The notes beneath the pieces were generated by a model that worked only from the letters and a program-made list of their open reading frames with translations, made no database searches and was not told the origin of the DNA. The position numbers and the translations under genes are program-made. Positions 20,610-30,584 of a stretch of DNA of 64,000 nucleotides are shown piece after piece. The DNA lies in NCBI GenBank assembly GCA_965247115.1, contig CBDFGR010000002.1, positions 1,280,001 to 1,344,000 of the forward strand, written 5' to 3'. Source of the DNA: Myxococcota bacterium. GTDB taxonomy: Bacteria; Myxococcota_A; UBA9160; SZUA-336. Each line of letters opens with the position of its first letter. Within the stretch, counting starts at the first letter, position 1.

Positions 20610-21131
20610 ATGGCTGTGCGGATCAAACATTACGTCAGTTTACTCTTGAGAGCGGCATTGCTCTTCCTCGTCATTCAAGTTGTGGGATGTGATCGGGGAA
20701 TCATCACTGAGCTGTTAGTTGAGCAAGATGAACTAGCGAAGCCTGTCCTGATTCTCTCGGTCCCACCTGACGGGTCGAGCGCATTTCGCAAGTCGTTTTC
20801 TGTGAAATACCGAGGACTGTATGTAGTAAAGTGGTTTACGACTCTCAAGAACAAAGACGTTAAGCTATATGAGCTTCCTGACAAGACCAGGACCTTAGTA
20901 GCCGAGTTCAGAATTTATGGAAACGACAATGTCGAAATAGAGAAACACGACTTCACAGTTGACTTCCCAACCACAGTTACAGGTACAAGTCTTTTCTCAC
21001 TTGCTTCTCCTAGACAACTTCCGCTCAACCAAAATCTAATATTTGAAGTCTCAGTGTCCATAGCTGGTGGTTCAGAGCTATACGACTCGGTTACTTTTGT
21101 GATAAGGAGGTGGACATATTTGTATCACTGA
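20610..21131 (+). CDS. Hypothetical lipoprotein, putative immunity protein
   Basis: Hydrophobic signal with VVGC lipobox; AT-rich; starts right after the upstream stop. Confidence 0.55.
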   Translation: MAVRIKHYVSLLLRAALLFLVIQVVGCDRGIITELLVEQDELAKPVLILSVPPDGSSAFRKSFSVKYRGLYVVKWFTTLKNKDVKLYELPDKTRTLVAEFRIYGNDNVEIEKHDFTVDFPTTVTGTSLFSLASPRQLPLNQNLIFEVSVSIAGGSELYDSVTFVIRRWTYLYH

Positions 21132-21193
21132 GATGTCCGCTTAGTGCGCCTGCTTGCCGGCCAAAATGTTCGCGTTGTACGCACTGTAGGCCG

Positions 21194-21511
21194 TGAGCCG
21201 AGTTTGGACAGATGGGGTCGATGATCTAAGAGAGGGTTCCGGGCTCTGAGGGGAGAAGGAATCCATGGCCAAGAAGGAATCGGCAGAGAAGGCGGGCCGA
21301 GACATCCGACGGAAGACACGACGGCGGTTCTCGGCGGAAGAGAAGATCCGGATCGTGATCGAGGGCCTGAGGGGCGAGGAGAGCATCGCCTCATTGTGCC
21401 GCCGCGAAGGCATCGTGGCGAACCTCTACACCCGCTGGAGCAAGGAGTTTCTGGAGGCGGGCAAGAAGCGCCTGCTGGGAGATACGCAGCGAGAGGCGAG
21501 CTCGAGTGATG
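21194..21511 (+). mobile_element. IS3-family fragment (left end and truncated orfA from 21265)
   Basis: TG-starting end; RRRFSAEEKIRIVIEGLRGEESIASLCRREGI HTH. Confidence 0.8.
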
Positions 21512-21763
21512 GCACCTGGCGAATATAAGCCGACTACAGCGTCAGGCATCGCGCTGATCGGGCACGAGGTACTTCACGCACAGCAGTATCAAGAGCTTGG
21601 GAACTTCCGGTTTAGAGTCCGCTACCTGAGAGAATATCTGGGAGGCCGGCTGGGTGGGTTGAGCCCCGATGAGGCCTACGAGAAAATCTCCTTAGAGCAG
21701 GATGCGTCTGCGTTAGAAGATCGAATACAGCCCGATCTCGTAGAACAGGGTTATCCCCGATGA
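21512..21763 (+). pseudogene. Orphan DUF4157-like (HExxH) toxin C-terminus, copy 1
   Basis: LIGHEVLHAQQY; near-identical to 26210-26458. Confidence 0.7.
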
Positions 21764-22287
21764 ACACCTGCAAGCAAGCGTCGCTCTCTCTACTCGCTGT
21801 TGTGCTGCTATTGGTCCTGGGGCTTAGCGTCTGCGATCCCGTGCCATGGGTTCGGTGGTTGGTCGCCCGCAGCTGCTCCGACGTCGAGAAGGAGTTTTTC
21901 CGCAAATCGGGTCCCGAACGACGGCGTTTGATCCTCGACTACCCGCTCGAGCAGCAGGTTAATCTCTATCTAAAGTCGTTTCATTGCAGACATCCGGGGG
22001 ACTTGAGCCTGTCGGGCGTAGTGGCCAGCAACGGAGCAGACATTGTTCCCATTCTGAGAGATCGCATTATAGAAATTGACAGCGAGCATCACAAAAGTGT
22101 CCTAGTCGGTATCTTCTTCGATATGCAGTTTTCTGGCTACTATCCGGTTGCTTCGGACACTGAAACCATGAACTTCTTAGAGCAGCAAGCAGCATTAATG
22201 GAAGATACCGTGTGGAGGGAACTAACCGTTAGGGATATTATGCTGATTAAGAAGAAAGGCGGGTTGAGGCCAAGCGAAGTCGCACAG
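21512..22287 (+). repeat. 776-bp diverged duplication of 26210-26985
   Basis: Gap-free manual alignment. Confidence 0.95.
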
Positions 22288-22290
22288 TGA
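21760..22290 (+). CDS. Putative immunity protein, copy 1
   Basis: N-terminal hydrophobic helix; start overlaps toxin stop; paralog at 26458. Confidence 0.7.
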   Translation: MNTCKQASLSLLAVVLLLVLGLSVCDPVPWVRWLVARSCSDVEKEFFRKSGPERRRLILDYPLEQQVNLYLKSFHCRHPGDLSLSGVVASNGADIVPILRDRIIEIDSEHHKSVLVGIFFDMQFSGYYPVASDTETMNFLEQQAALMEDTVWRELTVRDIMLIKKKGGLRPSEVAQ

Positions 22291-22555
22291 GGCAATCGTT
22301 CCCACAATCGTCTCGCTCGTTCCCGCGATTCGGTGCTTAGTTGACACCCTGCGGCGGTTTGTGTTCACACCCGACGCAGCGGCCTGCGGATCTCGCTGGG
22401 GCTGCGCGGACGTGCGCTCGGTCTGCCTCCGGTTGCGAATAATCGCGCGGAATCATAGCCCTGTCGTGCCGGAAGCAGAGCGACCATTTTGGTCGCTCTT
22501 CTGAACCCCCGGATATTGCGATGCTTTCTTCTCGGCCGCGCGTTCGTTCGCGGTT

Positions 22556-23035
22556 GCAAACGGGGTAGCCACGGGGGCGTTCGGGAGGCTGTTCCCAAAC
22601 GGCGCCGATTCCGCACTTGGCGCACAAGAGGCGGAAGGCTGGGTAGCGCTTATTGTGAGAGTGTTGACCACTTGGCACTACGAGGGTCGCAGGGCAAGAA
22701 ACTCAAACTTACCACCGACTGCAAACGAGGCTGAAGCTGCGGGATGGGAGAAGAGGCCACCAGACCAAACGAGTTTTCACGATGACGGCCCCCGCGAAGT
22801 AAAATACATCCATCGGGATGGGCGAGAGGCTGTATATAGGAACGGCGCCTTGGTTACAGATCCGCGCATTGCCGGTACTTATAACTACATAAACCCGGGC
22901 ATGCCTCAGAGTCCATACGACGTTTGGGGTTGGGGGAAATATGCAGTTAGAGGTGCGGCCCATGTAGTCGTTGATGTGCTCCCATATTTTATTGGAGGTA
23001 ATACCCGAAGCGGAGATCTACAACAATGCTGTTAA
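22556..23035 (+). pseudogene. Orphan RHS toxin C-terminal module
   Basis: In-frame ANGVATGAFGRLFPNGA linker then VKYIHRDGREAVY...LVTDP...GTYNY domain. Confidence 0.7.
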
Positions 23036-23547
23036 GAATGCTGTCGCTAATATTGGTGTCGTTAGGTTTGTTCGGATGCTTGCCGACGTACATTGTTTCA
23101 AATGAATTATCTAACAAATACGATGAGAGTAGATACAATGAGAGCAGAGCGTTCTTTAGCGAGGACTATTCATCACTGAAAGACAATGATGTACTTTTCT
23201 ATATCTACACTGGCTATTACCACAAAAAAGAGAAAAAACTCATTGTATTCTTGGAGTACGATTTTTTGGACGAAGTAGATACCTTCTTGACTAGAGCTGA
23301 CCTGCTTGCAAATGACCAACTGTTTACAAGTGCCAGTACTGGAGACAGCTATTCAGAGACGCCAACAAAGTTTGATGACTATGTCTTGTACCATGGCAGC
23401 GCACGGCTAGCGTTCGATGTTCAGGATATTGATGATCTTCTGGGTAATGACTTGTCAATAGAAATGGGATTTCGTTATAGAGAAATAGACAGTTCCATAC
23501 GTATTGACATCGATATTGATCTGATGTTTCTTATGCCAACCACTTGA
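23026..23547 (+). CDS. AT-rich lipoprotein, putative immunity protein
   Basis: LFGC lipobox; overlaps toxin stop; RBS GGAG. Confidence 0.65.
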   Translation: MLLRMLSLILVSLGLFGCLPTYIVSNELSNKYDESRYNESRAFFSEDYSSLKDNDVLFYIYTGYYHKKEKKLIVFLEYDFLDEVDTFLTRADLLANDQLFTSASTGDSYSETPTKFDDYVLYHGSARLAFDVQDIDDLLGNDLSIEMGFRYREIDSSIRIDIDIDLMFLMPTT

Positions 23548-23683
23548 GGTGTCCTCGTAGCCCGATCGATTCATCCTGTACTGAATCACCCCGAGATTCC
23601 CGGGAGTCTCGAGCCAGCCGCAAGACGGTCCGCGTCATCGCGCTCACGGCGAGAGTGGCCGAGCGCCAAGCGGATCGCTCGCC

Positions 23684-24058
23684 TCATCCCGACAGGTCGA
23701 GCTGGAGCTCGCGCGGATGGGGCAACTCGCCAACCTTCCAGCCCTGAACGTGGAGCCGGGTAGGCTCGTAGTGCTCGCCGACGTAGGTGTGGTACTCAGG
23801 CCGCTCGCGTTCCGTACGCTCCACGGCCATCTGCCGTCCCTCGGGTGTGTCGAAGACGATATCGATCGCCTCCCCCCACCCGGACCCGAACTGGTGCTTG
23901 CTCTTCTCGTGGCCGCCCACAAGCGCGTTCCGCTTCTCGGTGCGGCAGCCACCCGTGACCGATCCGCCATACCAGCAGCAGAGCTGCCAGCACCAGAGCA
24001 CGAACTCGCCCACATCGACCCAATCGATCTGGTGCGGCTCCGAGAGAGGCAGGCTCAT
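23684..24058 (-). CDS. Phage peptidase M15-like endolysin
   Basis: GCRTEKRNALVGGHEKSKH...AIDI...LHV. Confidence 0.6.
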   Translation of the reverse strand: MSLPLSEPHQIDWVDVGEFVLWCWQLCCWYGGSVTGGCRTEKRNALVGGHEKSKHQFGSGWGEAIDIVFDTPEGRQMAVERTERERPEYHTYVGEHYEPTRLHVQGWKVGELPHPRELQLDLSG

Positions 24059-25206
24059 GGCGCCAGCGAACGCATCCAGTCCGGCATCGTCCGGTCGTGC
24101 CGGCAGCGCAGGCCCGCTTCTGGGCCGCAGGTATCGTAGGCGCCGAAGTTCCCGCCCAAAAAGACCGCGCGGTGGTAGAGGAACCGGATCCAGCGCCAGC
24201 GCCACGGGAGCGATGTGCGGATGTTCTCCTTGAGCTCCCCATCGGCGTCGTTCTTGCGCTGCCACGTCATCGAGCCGGCCGGGTGACAGCGGGTGCAGTA
24301 CCTCCAGTCGTGGATCCGGCAGGCCCAGCGGAAGTCGAAGCCGAAGAGATCGTCCGGCGAGCTCGAGCAGCCGTCGTCCCGGAAGTGCTCCGGGATCTCT
24401 GCAAGCGTCCGCTTCGCCTCCTTCGGGATCGGCCGCTGCAGTCTGAAGGTCTGGCGGCTCGCGACGGCATCCGCCCCCACACCGGGGCCGTTGAAGACCC
24501 GGTCGGCGTTCCACTGCCCGACCCCGGCCGTCATGGCAATCGAGGTGCCCCGGATCCAGGTCGTGAAGTCACCGTTGTAGACCGCGTTCTCCGCGATATT
24601 GATCCCGAGCGTGTCCCTAGCTACCGCCAGGCTCGCGTCGTCGAGCAGCGTCGCGCCGTAGGCCGACACAACACCCGTGTAGTCGGCCAGACCGCCCGCG
24701 AGGATCGCGGCAGCGACGTGCTGCTTCGTGGTGAGGTCCGTATCGTTGACGGGGTCCACGGCACCCGTCGCCCGGTTCCCGTTGAAGTCGTAGCGGCCAG
24801 AGCCGTCGGTGTCCCCCTCGATCAGGCTGGGGGCGCGCTCCACAAGCTCGCGCGTCCGCTTCTGCTGAAGGGTCACGCGGTCGAGCGCGTCCTCGTGGCT
24901 TGCCGCGGGGAAGGGATCTCCAGAGACGTAGTCCGTGAGTTGCGTCAGATCCGGATCGATGTAGATGACGAGGGTCTGCCCCGTAGGCGGGGCCGTAATC
25001 ATCGTTAGCGTGCCGCCTGCATCGAGTCCCGCTCCCGTAAGCGTATAGTTCGTGGTGATGACCTGGACGACATCCGTCCCGAGAGCGTCATCGTGGAGAA
25101 GAGCCGCAATGTCCCCATTCGCGAGGAACTTGAAGGGAACCGCGAAGACCGTCGTGGAGCCGTTCCCGGCGTAGGTGACTCGGGTCTGTTCTGTGGAGAT
25201 TGTCAT
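24055..25206 (-). pseudogene. Phage tail-fibre N-terminus fused in frame (~24445) to a phospholipase A2-like fragment
   Basis: YAGNGSTTVFAVPFKFL...HEDALDRVTL T7-type fibre anchor; DGCS...ACRIHDWRY...AD motif. Confidence 0.65.
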
Positions 25207-25215
25207 GCCTGCTCC

Positions 25216-25445
25216 TTACAGAAGAGACGCGCCGAAGCCCGCCGCCCTTGTGGTCCCAGAGAGCAGCGATGCTGCGGCCCTGTTTCGGCCAATCTTCTTC
25301 GCACTCTTTGCGCGCTGCCTCTCAAGGAACGCTGTGTTCCTCGCCTCGATCCCCGCATTCGTTGCGTCGAGCTCGAGTTCTGCGGCGTTCTCCGCATCGG
25401 GAGAGGACGCCTGGGAGGACGCGGCGCTGGCGATTGCCGGGGTCC
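25216..25445 (-). pseudogene. Phage internal virion protein-like fragment
   Basis: Ala-rich helical ORF ending just before the tail-fibre RBS (AAGGAG). Confidence 0.4.
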
Positions 25446-25447
25446 AG

Positions 25448-26458
25448 ACCCCACGCGGGTTCACCGACCACGAGCATCTGGACGACTTCGCGCTCGTCCA
25501 CATGAACGGCCGGATCTACGACCCGGTGCTGGGCCGGTTCCTGAGCGCGGATCCGTTCATCCAATTCCCCGAGTCGACCCAGGGCTTAAACCGCTATAGC
25601 TACACACACAACAATCCGCTGTCCTTCACCGACCCCTCGGGCTACGTCTTCAGGTTTCCTTTGCCCGTATGGCTTACTTTCGAGACCGTGTCCCTAAACA
25701 TCCGGAGGGAGATCTTCCTCAGCGACCTAGCCCACTCCATTGCCAATCTCCTCGGTCGCGTGTTCCGGCGTGCGGATACCGAAAGCCCCGCCAACGTGTT
25801 CCACCCCGCCGATCCGATCGAGACGCCTCCCCAGGGCGCGGGTGGGGAGGTCGGCTCGGAGCACGGCCGCGACCGCTTCAGGCAGGAAAGTGTCGCCGAC
25901 TCGGTAACTCGCCGATTTATGGCAGCGGAGGGCCGAATCGTCCGCGACGCTGTCGTCGGAGCCATCGCTTCCACCCTCGGAGGCCAAAAGTTCGCTAACG
26001 GCGCAGTCACCGCCGCATTCGGAAGGCTGTTCGCAAACGGTGCAGCCACCGAGGGTCAGGGATTTCCCTTACCGCGCGAAGTCATTGATGCTCTCGATCC
26101 TTACTTCGAGAATTTCGACCTCCACGACATTCTTGTCCGAATGGGCATACCGCGGTATGTCCGCGGTGACCGAATCGTAGCCTATACGGACAAAAACAAT
26201 ATCTTCTTCGCACCTGGCAAATATAAGCCGACTACAGCGTCAGGCATCGCGCTGATCGGGCACGAGGTACGTCACGCACAGCAGTATCAAGAGCTTGGGA
26301 ACTTCCGGTTTAGAGTCCGCTACCTGAGAGAATATCTGGGAGGCCGGCTGAGTGGGTTGAGCCACGAGGAAGCCTACAAGAACATCTCCTTTGAGCAGGC
26401 TGCGTCTGCGTTAGAAGATCGAATAAAGCTCGATCTCGAAGAACAGGGTTATCCCTGA
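25448..26458 (+). pseudogene. 5'-truncated RHS protein: core plus DUF4157-like HExxH C-terminal domain
   Basis: RGFTDHEHLD...HMNGRIYDPVLGRFLSADP...NRYSY..NNPLSFTDPSG; HEVRHAQQY. Confidence 0.88.
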
Positions 26459-27030
26459 TGAACACCTTCAAGCAAGCATCGCTCTCTCTACTCGCTGTTG
26501 TGCTGCTATTGGTCCTGGGGCTTAGCGTCTGCGATCCCGTGCCATGGGTTTGGTGGTCGGTCTCCCGCAGCTGCTCCGACGTCGAGAACGAGCTTGTCCG
26601 CAAATCGGGTCCCGAACAACGGCGTTTGATCCTCGACTACCCACTCGAGCAGCAGGTCGATCTCTATCTAAGTTCGATGCATTGCGTACATCCGCCGGAC
26701 CGGAGCCTGTCGGGCGTAGTGGCCAGCAACGGAGCAGACATTGTTCCCATTCTGAGAGATCGCATTATAGAAATTGACAGCGAGCAGTCCAAAAGTGTCC
26801 TAGTCGGTATCTTCTTCGATATGCAGTTTTCTGGCTACTATCCGGTTGCTTCGGACACTGAAACCATGAACTTCTTAGAGCAGCAAGCAGCATTAATGGA
26901 AGATACCGTGTGGAGGGAACTAACCGTTAGAAAGATCATGCTGATTAAGAAGAAAGGCGGGTTGAGGCCAAGCGAAGTCGCACAGGGGGATGTCCCGGAG
27001 GCTGTTGGACTTGAAGACTTGAAAGACTGA
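26458..27030 (+). CDS. Putative immunity protein, copy 2 (stop replaced by IS256, 14 extra residues)
   Basis: Paralog of 21760-22290; TGATG coupling to the toxin. Confidence 0.7.
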   Translation: MNTFKQASLSLLAVVLLLVLGLSVCDPVPWVWWSVSRSCSDVENELVRKSGPEQRRLILDYPLEQQVDLYLSSMHCVHPPDRSLSGVVASNGADIVPILRDRIIEIDSEQSKSVLVGIFFDMQFSGYYPVASDTETMNFLEQQAALMEDTVWRELTVRKIMLIKKKGGLRPSEVAQGDVPEAVGLEDLKD

Positions 27031-28439
27031 GGGCGGCGGCTCCTTCCGCCTCCGTGTGTTACGGAGGTGGTGCCAACCATAAGGAAGGAGCCACCATGGC
27101 CAAGCATGCCAGTCCGCCCGCTCATCTCCAAGTCGTCGAGTCTCCGAAGACCGTGGCGGTCCAGATCCCGCTGCCCGTTCTGGGGGCGCTTGTGGACGCG
27201 AAGAGTGCCCTGTTCGACCTGTGTGTCGGCGTGGGCCAGCAGGTCCTGGGCGTGCTGATGGAGCACGACCGGGACACGTTCTGCGGCCCGAAGGGGAAGC
27301 AGGACCCCAAGCGGAAGGCGGTCCGCGGAGGCAGCACGCGCTCAGAGGGAACGCTCGGAGGACGCCGAATCCCGGTCCGTCGGCTTCGGGCACGAGGCGC
27401 CGCAGGCGAGCTCGCGCTGCCGAGCTTCGTCTTTGCTGCCGACCGGGACCCGTTGGATCGACACACGCTAGAGGCGATCGCGTGCGGCGTATCGACGCGC
27501 AAGTACGCGCGGAGCCTCGAGCCGCTCGCCGAGGCGGAGGAGCGGAGCGTCTCGAAGAGCGCTGTGTCGCGGCGATTCGTGGCGCTGTCCCAGCAGCAGA
27601 TGACAGCGTGGCTGACCAAGCCGCTTCACGACGTGGACCTCCGGGTCCTGGTGATCGACGGAGTCGTGTTTCGGGACCACACGATCCTGATCGTGCTGGG
27701 TGTGGACAGCGACGGGCGGAAGCACGTCCTGGGCCTGTGCGAGGGCACGACCGAGAACAGCCGGGTAGCGCAGGCGCTGCTCCGCGATCTGCTCGAGCGG
27801 GGTCTCGACTCCGAGCGCGCACGCGTCTTCGGGATCGACGGGTCGAGGGCGCTGCGGGTCGCGATCCGCAAGACCTTCGATCGGCTGGGGGTCGTGCAGC
27901 GCTGCCAGATCCACAAGCGGAGGAACATCCTCTCGCACGTGCCCGAGGCACTCCACGCCAGCGCGTCCAAGGTCTTGGTCGAGGCCTGGGACAGCCCGGA
28001 CGCGGAGCTGGCGGAGCGTCGTCTGCAGAGGCTCGCCGACTCGCTCGAGACCGAGCATCCCGGAGCCGCGGCGTCGATCCGCGAAGGCCTCGAGGAGACG
28101 CTCACACTCCAACGTCTGGGGCTCAAGGGCGCGCTGTACCGGACACTGCGGAGCACGAACACGATCGAGAACCTCAACGGTTCGGTCGCGACCTACACAC
28201 GCAACGTGAAGCGGTGGCGTGGAGGCTCGATGCTCGTCCGCTGGGTCAGTGCGTCCGTGCTCGATGCCACGCGGCGCTTCCGAAGGGTCCGCGGATATCG
28301 AGACCTCGCCGCCCTCGTCGTCGCACTGCAGAAGGTCGAAGACCAACAGCAAGACGCCATCCACCCTCAGGTCGCGTAGTAGAATCCCTCAAACCCGGAG
28401 CCGCCGTTCTCGAAGTTCAACACCGAACGGGACATCGCC
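26986..28439 (+). mobile_element. IS256-family element
   Basis: Imperfect terminal IRs GGGGATGTCCCG...TGTTGGACTT and AAGTTCAACA...CGGGACATCGCC; no matching target duplication. Confidence 0.9.
27096..28379 (+). CDS. IS256 DDE transposase
   Basis: VIDG, IDG, QRCQIHKRRN, STNTIENLN; RBS AAGGAG. Confidence 0.92.
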   Translation: MAKHASPPAHLQVVESPKTVAVQIPLPVLGALVDAKSALFDLCVGVGQQVLGVLMEHDRDTFCGPKGKQDPKRKAVRGGSTRSEGTLGGRRIPVRRLRARGAAGELALPSFVFAADRDPLDRHTLEAIACGVSTRKYARSLEPLAEAEERSVSKSAVSRRFVALSQQQMTAWLTKPLHDVDLRVLVIDGVVFRDHTILIVLGVDSDGRKHVLGLCEGTTENSRVAQALLRDLLERGLDSERARVFGIDGSRALRVAIRKTFDRLGVVQRCQIHKRRNILSHVPEALHASASKVLVEAWDSPDAELAERRLQRLADSLETEHPGAAASIREGLEETLTLQRLGLKGALYRTLRSTNTIENLNGSVATYTRNVKRWRGGSMLVRWVSASVLDATRRFRRVRGYRDLAALVVALQKVEDQQQDAIHPQVA

Positions 28440-28825
28440 CGCGACGCTGTTGCGGCCGAGCTGGTCGTGCTCGAGCTGGAGGCCCTCGATCACGCTCCGC
28501 GTGCGCTGGGCCGCACGGCTCCGCTCTTCCGCTCCCCTGCGCGCATCCTCCCGATCCTGTCGCTCCTTTCGGATCTTGTTTTTCTCGGCTTGCTCCTCGA
28601 GTAGACCAGCAAGCTCCTCCTTCCGCCCGCTCAGGACGTTCTGGTTCCAGCCTAGCGATCCCTGTGTCTCGATTTCTTTTTGGAGATCTTCGACCCGCTC
28701 GTCGATGGGCTTCTCCAGCAGCCCGATGAACTCACCAAACTTCTTCCCCCAGGAGATCAGGGTCGGCAGCGTTTCGGTGTAGCTCTCTGCGAGCTCGGCG
28801 ATCGCGTCTGCATTCTGCAGCAACC
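28440..28825 (-). pseudogene. Coiled-coil fragment, possibly phage tape-measure protein
   Basis: Helical charged ORF in phage context, cut by IS256. Confidence 0.35.
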
Positions 28826-28890
28826 GAGGGGTCGGGATTCGGAACGACGGTTAGGGCCGCTGCTGATTTTCGGCCGCGTTGGGTGGCCAT
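28826..28890 (-). pseudogene. Terminase small subunit N-terminal fragment
   Basis: MATQRGRKSAAALTVVP immediately downstream of an HNH gene. Confidence 0.5.
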
Positions 28891-29306
28891 AAGGATCTCG
28901 TTTCCTCCGGTGATCTCGTTTTCTTACGCTTTAGCGACCAAAAGGGTGGGCTCCGGTTCCCAGGACAGCCCAAGAATCGTTTCACCCCCCCCCATCCCCT
29001 GTTCGCCGGATGCCTGGGGTCGACGGGCCAGCCGTCCAACCCCACCCGGATGTCGTAGCCGCGCCGCTCCTCGCGCTGCTTGTGGCGGTTGTGGCACGGC
29101 GCGCAAAGCGGCTGCCAGTTGCTCGGGTCCCAGAAGCGCTTCGAGTCGCCTCGATGCGGCACGATGTGATCCACCACGCAGGCCTCGGTCACGCGACGCT
29201 CGGCCTGGCACAGAACGCACAACGGGTGCGCGCGCAGGTACGCGTGCCTCGCGGTGCGCCAGCGATGGCCGTAGCCCCGCTTTGCTGCGGATAGGCGACT
29301 CGCCAC
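28851..29306 (-). CDS. Phage HNH endonuclease (packaging-associated type)
   Basis: HPLCVLC...VVDHIVPHRGD...FWDPSNWQPLCAPCHN...DGWPVDP. Confidence 0.88.
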   Translation of the reverse strand: MASRLSAAKRGYGHRWRTARHAYLRAHPLCVLCQAERRVTEACVVDHIVPHRGDSKRFWDPSNWQPLCAPCHNRHKQREERRGYDIRVGLDGWPVDPRHPANRGWGGVKRFLGCPGNRSPPFWSLKRKKTRSPEETRSLWPPNAAENQQRP

Positions 29307-29310
29307 CCCT

Positions 29311-29532
29311 TCACCCTCCGAACAGCGCCGGCCAGAACGAGCGCGCGGTCACGGCCAGCATCCCACCCAAAAGTACGTAGAGCAGCTTGAGGTTGCGCTC
29401 GCTGTGTGCCTCGATCTTCCCGAGCTGCGTTTGGATCTCGCCATAGCGCCGCTCGCACAGGATCTCGTGACGCGAGAGCTTCTCCTGGGCCTCGGTGCGG
29501 ACGCGCTCAACCTCGAGGGTTGCCTCGGTCAT
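29311..29532 (-). CDS. Small phage membrane protein
   Basis: HEILCERRY, coiled coil and C-terminal TM, within a lysis cassette. Confidence 0.55.
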   Translation of the reverse strand: MTEATLEVERVRTEAQEKLSRHEILCERRYGEIQTQLGKIEAHSERNLKLLYVLLGGMLAVTARSFWPALFGG

Positions 29533-30116
29533 TTGCTCACCAGCTGCCGCACGAGGGTTGCGGCGAGACCTTCCTGCCCCGCGGCCACGCGCTTGTCGCG
29601 ACTGCGCGACACCACCCCGACTCCGAGCACGGCCAGCGCGACACTCCACTGCAACGTGAGAGACGCCAGGCCTTCGAACATCGCGCGCAGGAACTCGGTC
29701 GCTGCGCCGCGGTCCTCGGCACCCAAGCTGAACCCCACGACAAGGATCACGCCGACTCCCTGAAGTCCCCAGGTGCAGGCCGAGATGTAGCCCCAGAAAG
29801 GACGCCAGCGGCGCACCACGGGATCCTCGGATGCCAACTCCGCACGCATCGTGCGCTGGATCTCGGCCTGCCGCGTCGACTCGACCTCTAGGTGGAGCGA
29901 GCGCAGCTCGGTGCGGCGCTCCATCTCCAGCGCCCGCAGCCGCTCCGCCGCGGGAAGATCCGAGAGCGCCGTCTTGATTGCCGCCGGATCCTCCTCACAG
30001 CCCAGGGCCGAGGCGATGAGTGTGCCCGCTGCCTTTCCCGCGGGTCCGCCGAGCAATCCGCCCAGAAGCGGCGCGCCGGCCCCGATCACCGCTTGGCTGA
30101 GCTCGCGCCAATCCAT
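29529..30116 (-). CDS. 3TM-type holin
   Basis: APLLGGLLGGPAG...RRWRPFWGY...LGVGVVSRSRDK. Confidence 0.78.
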   Translation of the reverse strand: MDWRELSQAVIGAGAPLLGGLLGGPAGKAAGTLIASALGCEEDPAAIKTALSDLPAAERLRALEMERRTELRSLHLEVESTRQAEIQRTMRAELASEDPVVRRWRPFWGYISACTWGLQGVGVILVVGFSLGAEDRGAATEFLRAMFEGLASLTLQWSVALAVLGVGVVSRSRDKRVAAGQEGLAATLVRQLVSK

Positions 30117-30502
30117 CAGTAGCTCCACAGCGCCCGGCCGCCGGGGCGGGGGACGCGGTCGAGGTGCAGGTAGCGTGCGGACCGCTCGCCGTTCTGCTGG
30201 ATCCCCACACCGATCCAGTCGAGAGCCATCGCAAGCGCGAGCAAATCAAAGGCCGCTGCACCCGCCACCCGTACATCCACCGCACCAAGCGTGTGTGCAT
30301 GCAACGCGCCATTGCCTTTGGCGGCTTCGGTCGGATGCTCCGAGCAGCGATAGCCCGACGAGACGCGCATCGGACGGTTGTATGCAACGCGCAGCAGGCC
30401 GAGCGCATCGAGGAACGCCGGGTACTCCTCCCCCTCCGGCAACGCGCCGCAGTGTCGGCAGGCCAGCTCGTCTGCACGGAAGTGCTCGGGCAGATGCACC
30501 AT
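30116..30502 (-). CDS. Peptidase M15 endolysin
   Basis: HFRADELACRHCG...SSGYRC...H..GAVD...YLHLD. Confidence 0.85.
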   Translation of the reverse strand: MVHLPEHFRADELACRHCGALPEGEEYPAFLDALGLLRVAYNRPMRVSSGYRCSEHPTEAAKGNGALHAHTLGAVDVRVAGAAAFDLLALAMALDWIGVGIQQNGERSARYLHLDRVPRPGGRALWSY

Positions 30503-30584
30503 GCCATCGACCCTATGGGTCCGTGCCGAAACTTCAACGGGCGAGGTCGACCGCTTTTGACCGGTTTGGTCCGGTTTCGACCAC

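Noticed and set aside
23582..23610. Possible isolated IS3-type terminal repeat
   Set aside because: Too short, no transposase, and does not match the IS3 end at 21194
25175..25447. N-terminus of the 427-aa RHS ORF
   Set aside because: Antisense of phage sequence fused by chance to the RHS core
21512..26985. Diversity-generating retroelement template/variable repeat pair
   Set aside because: Differences are not adenine-specific in either copy and no reverse transcriptase is present
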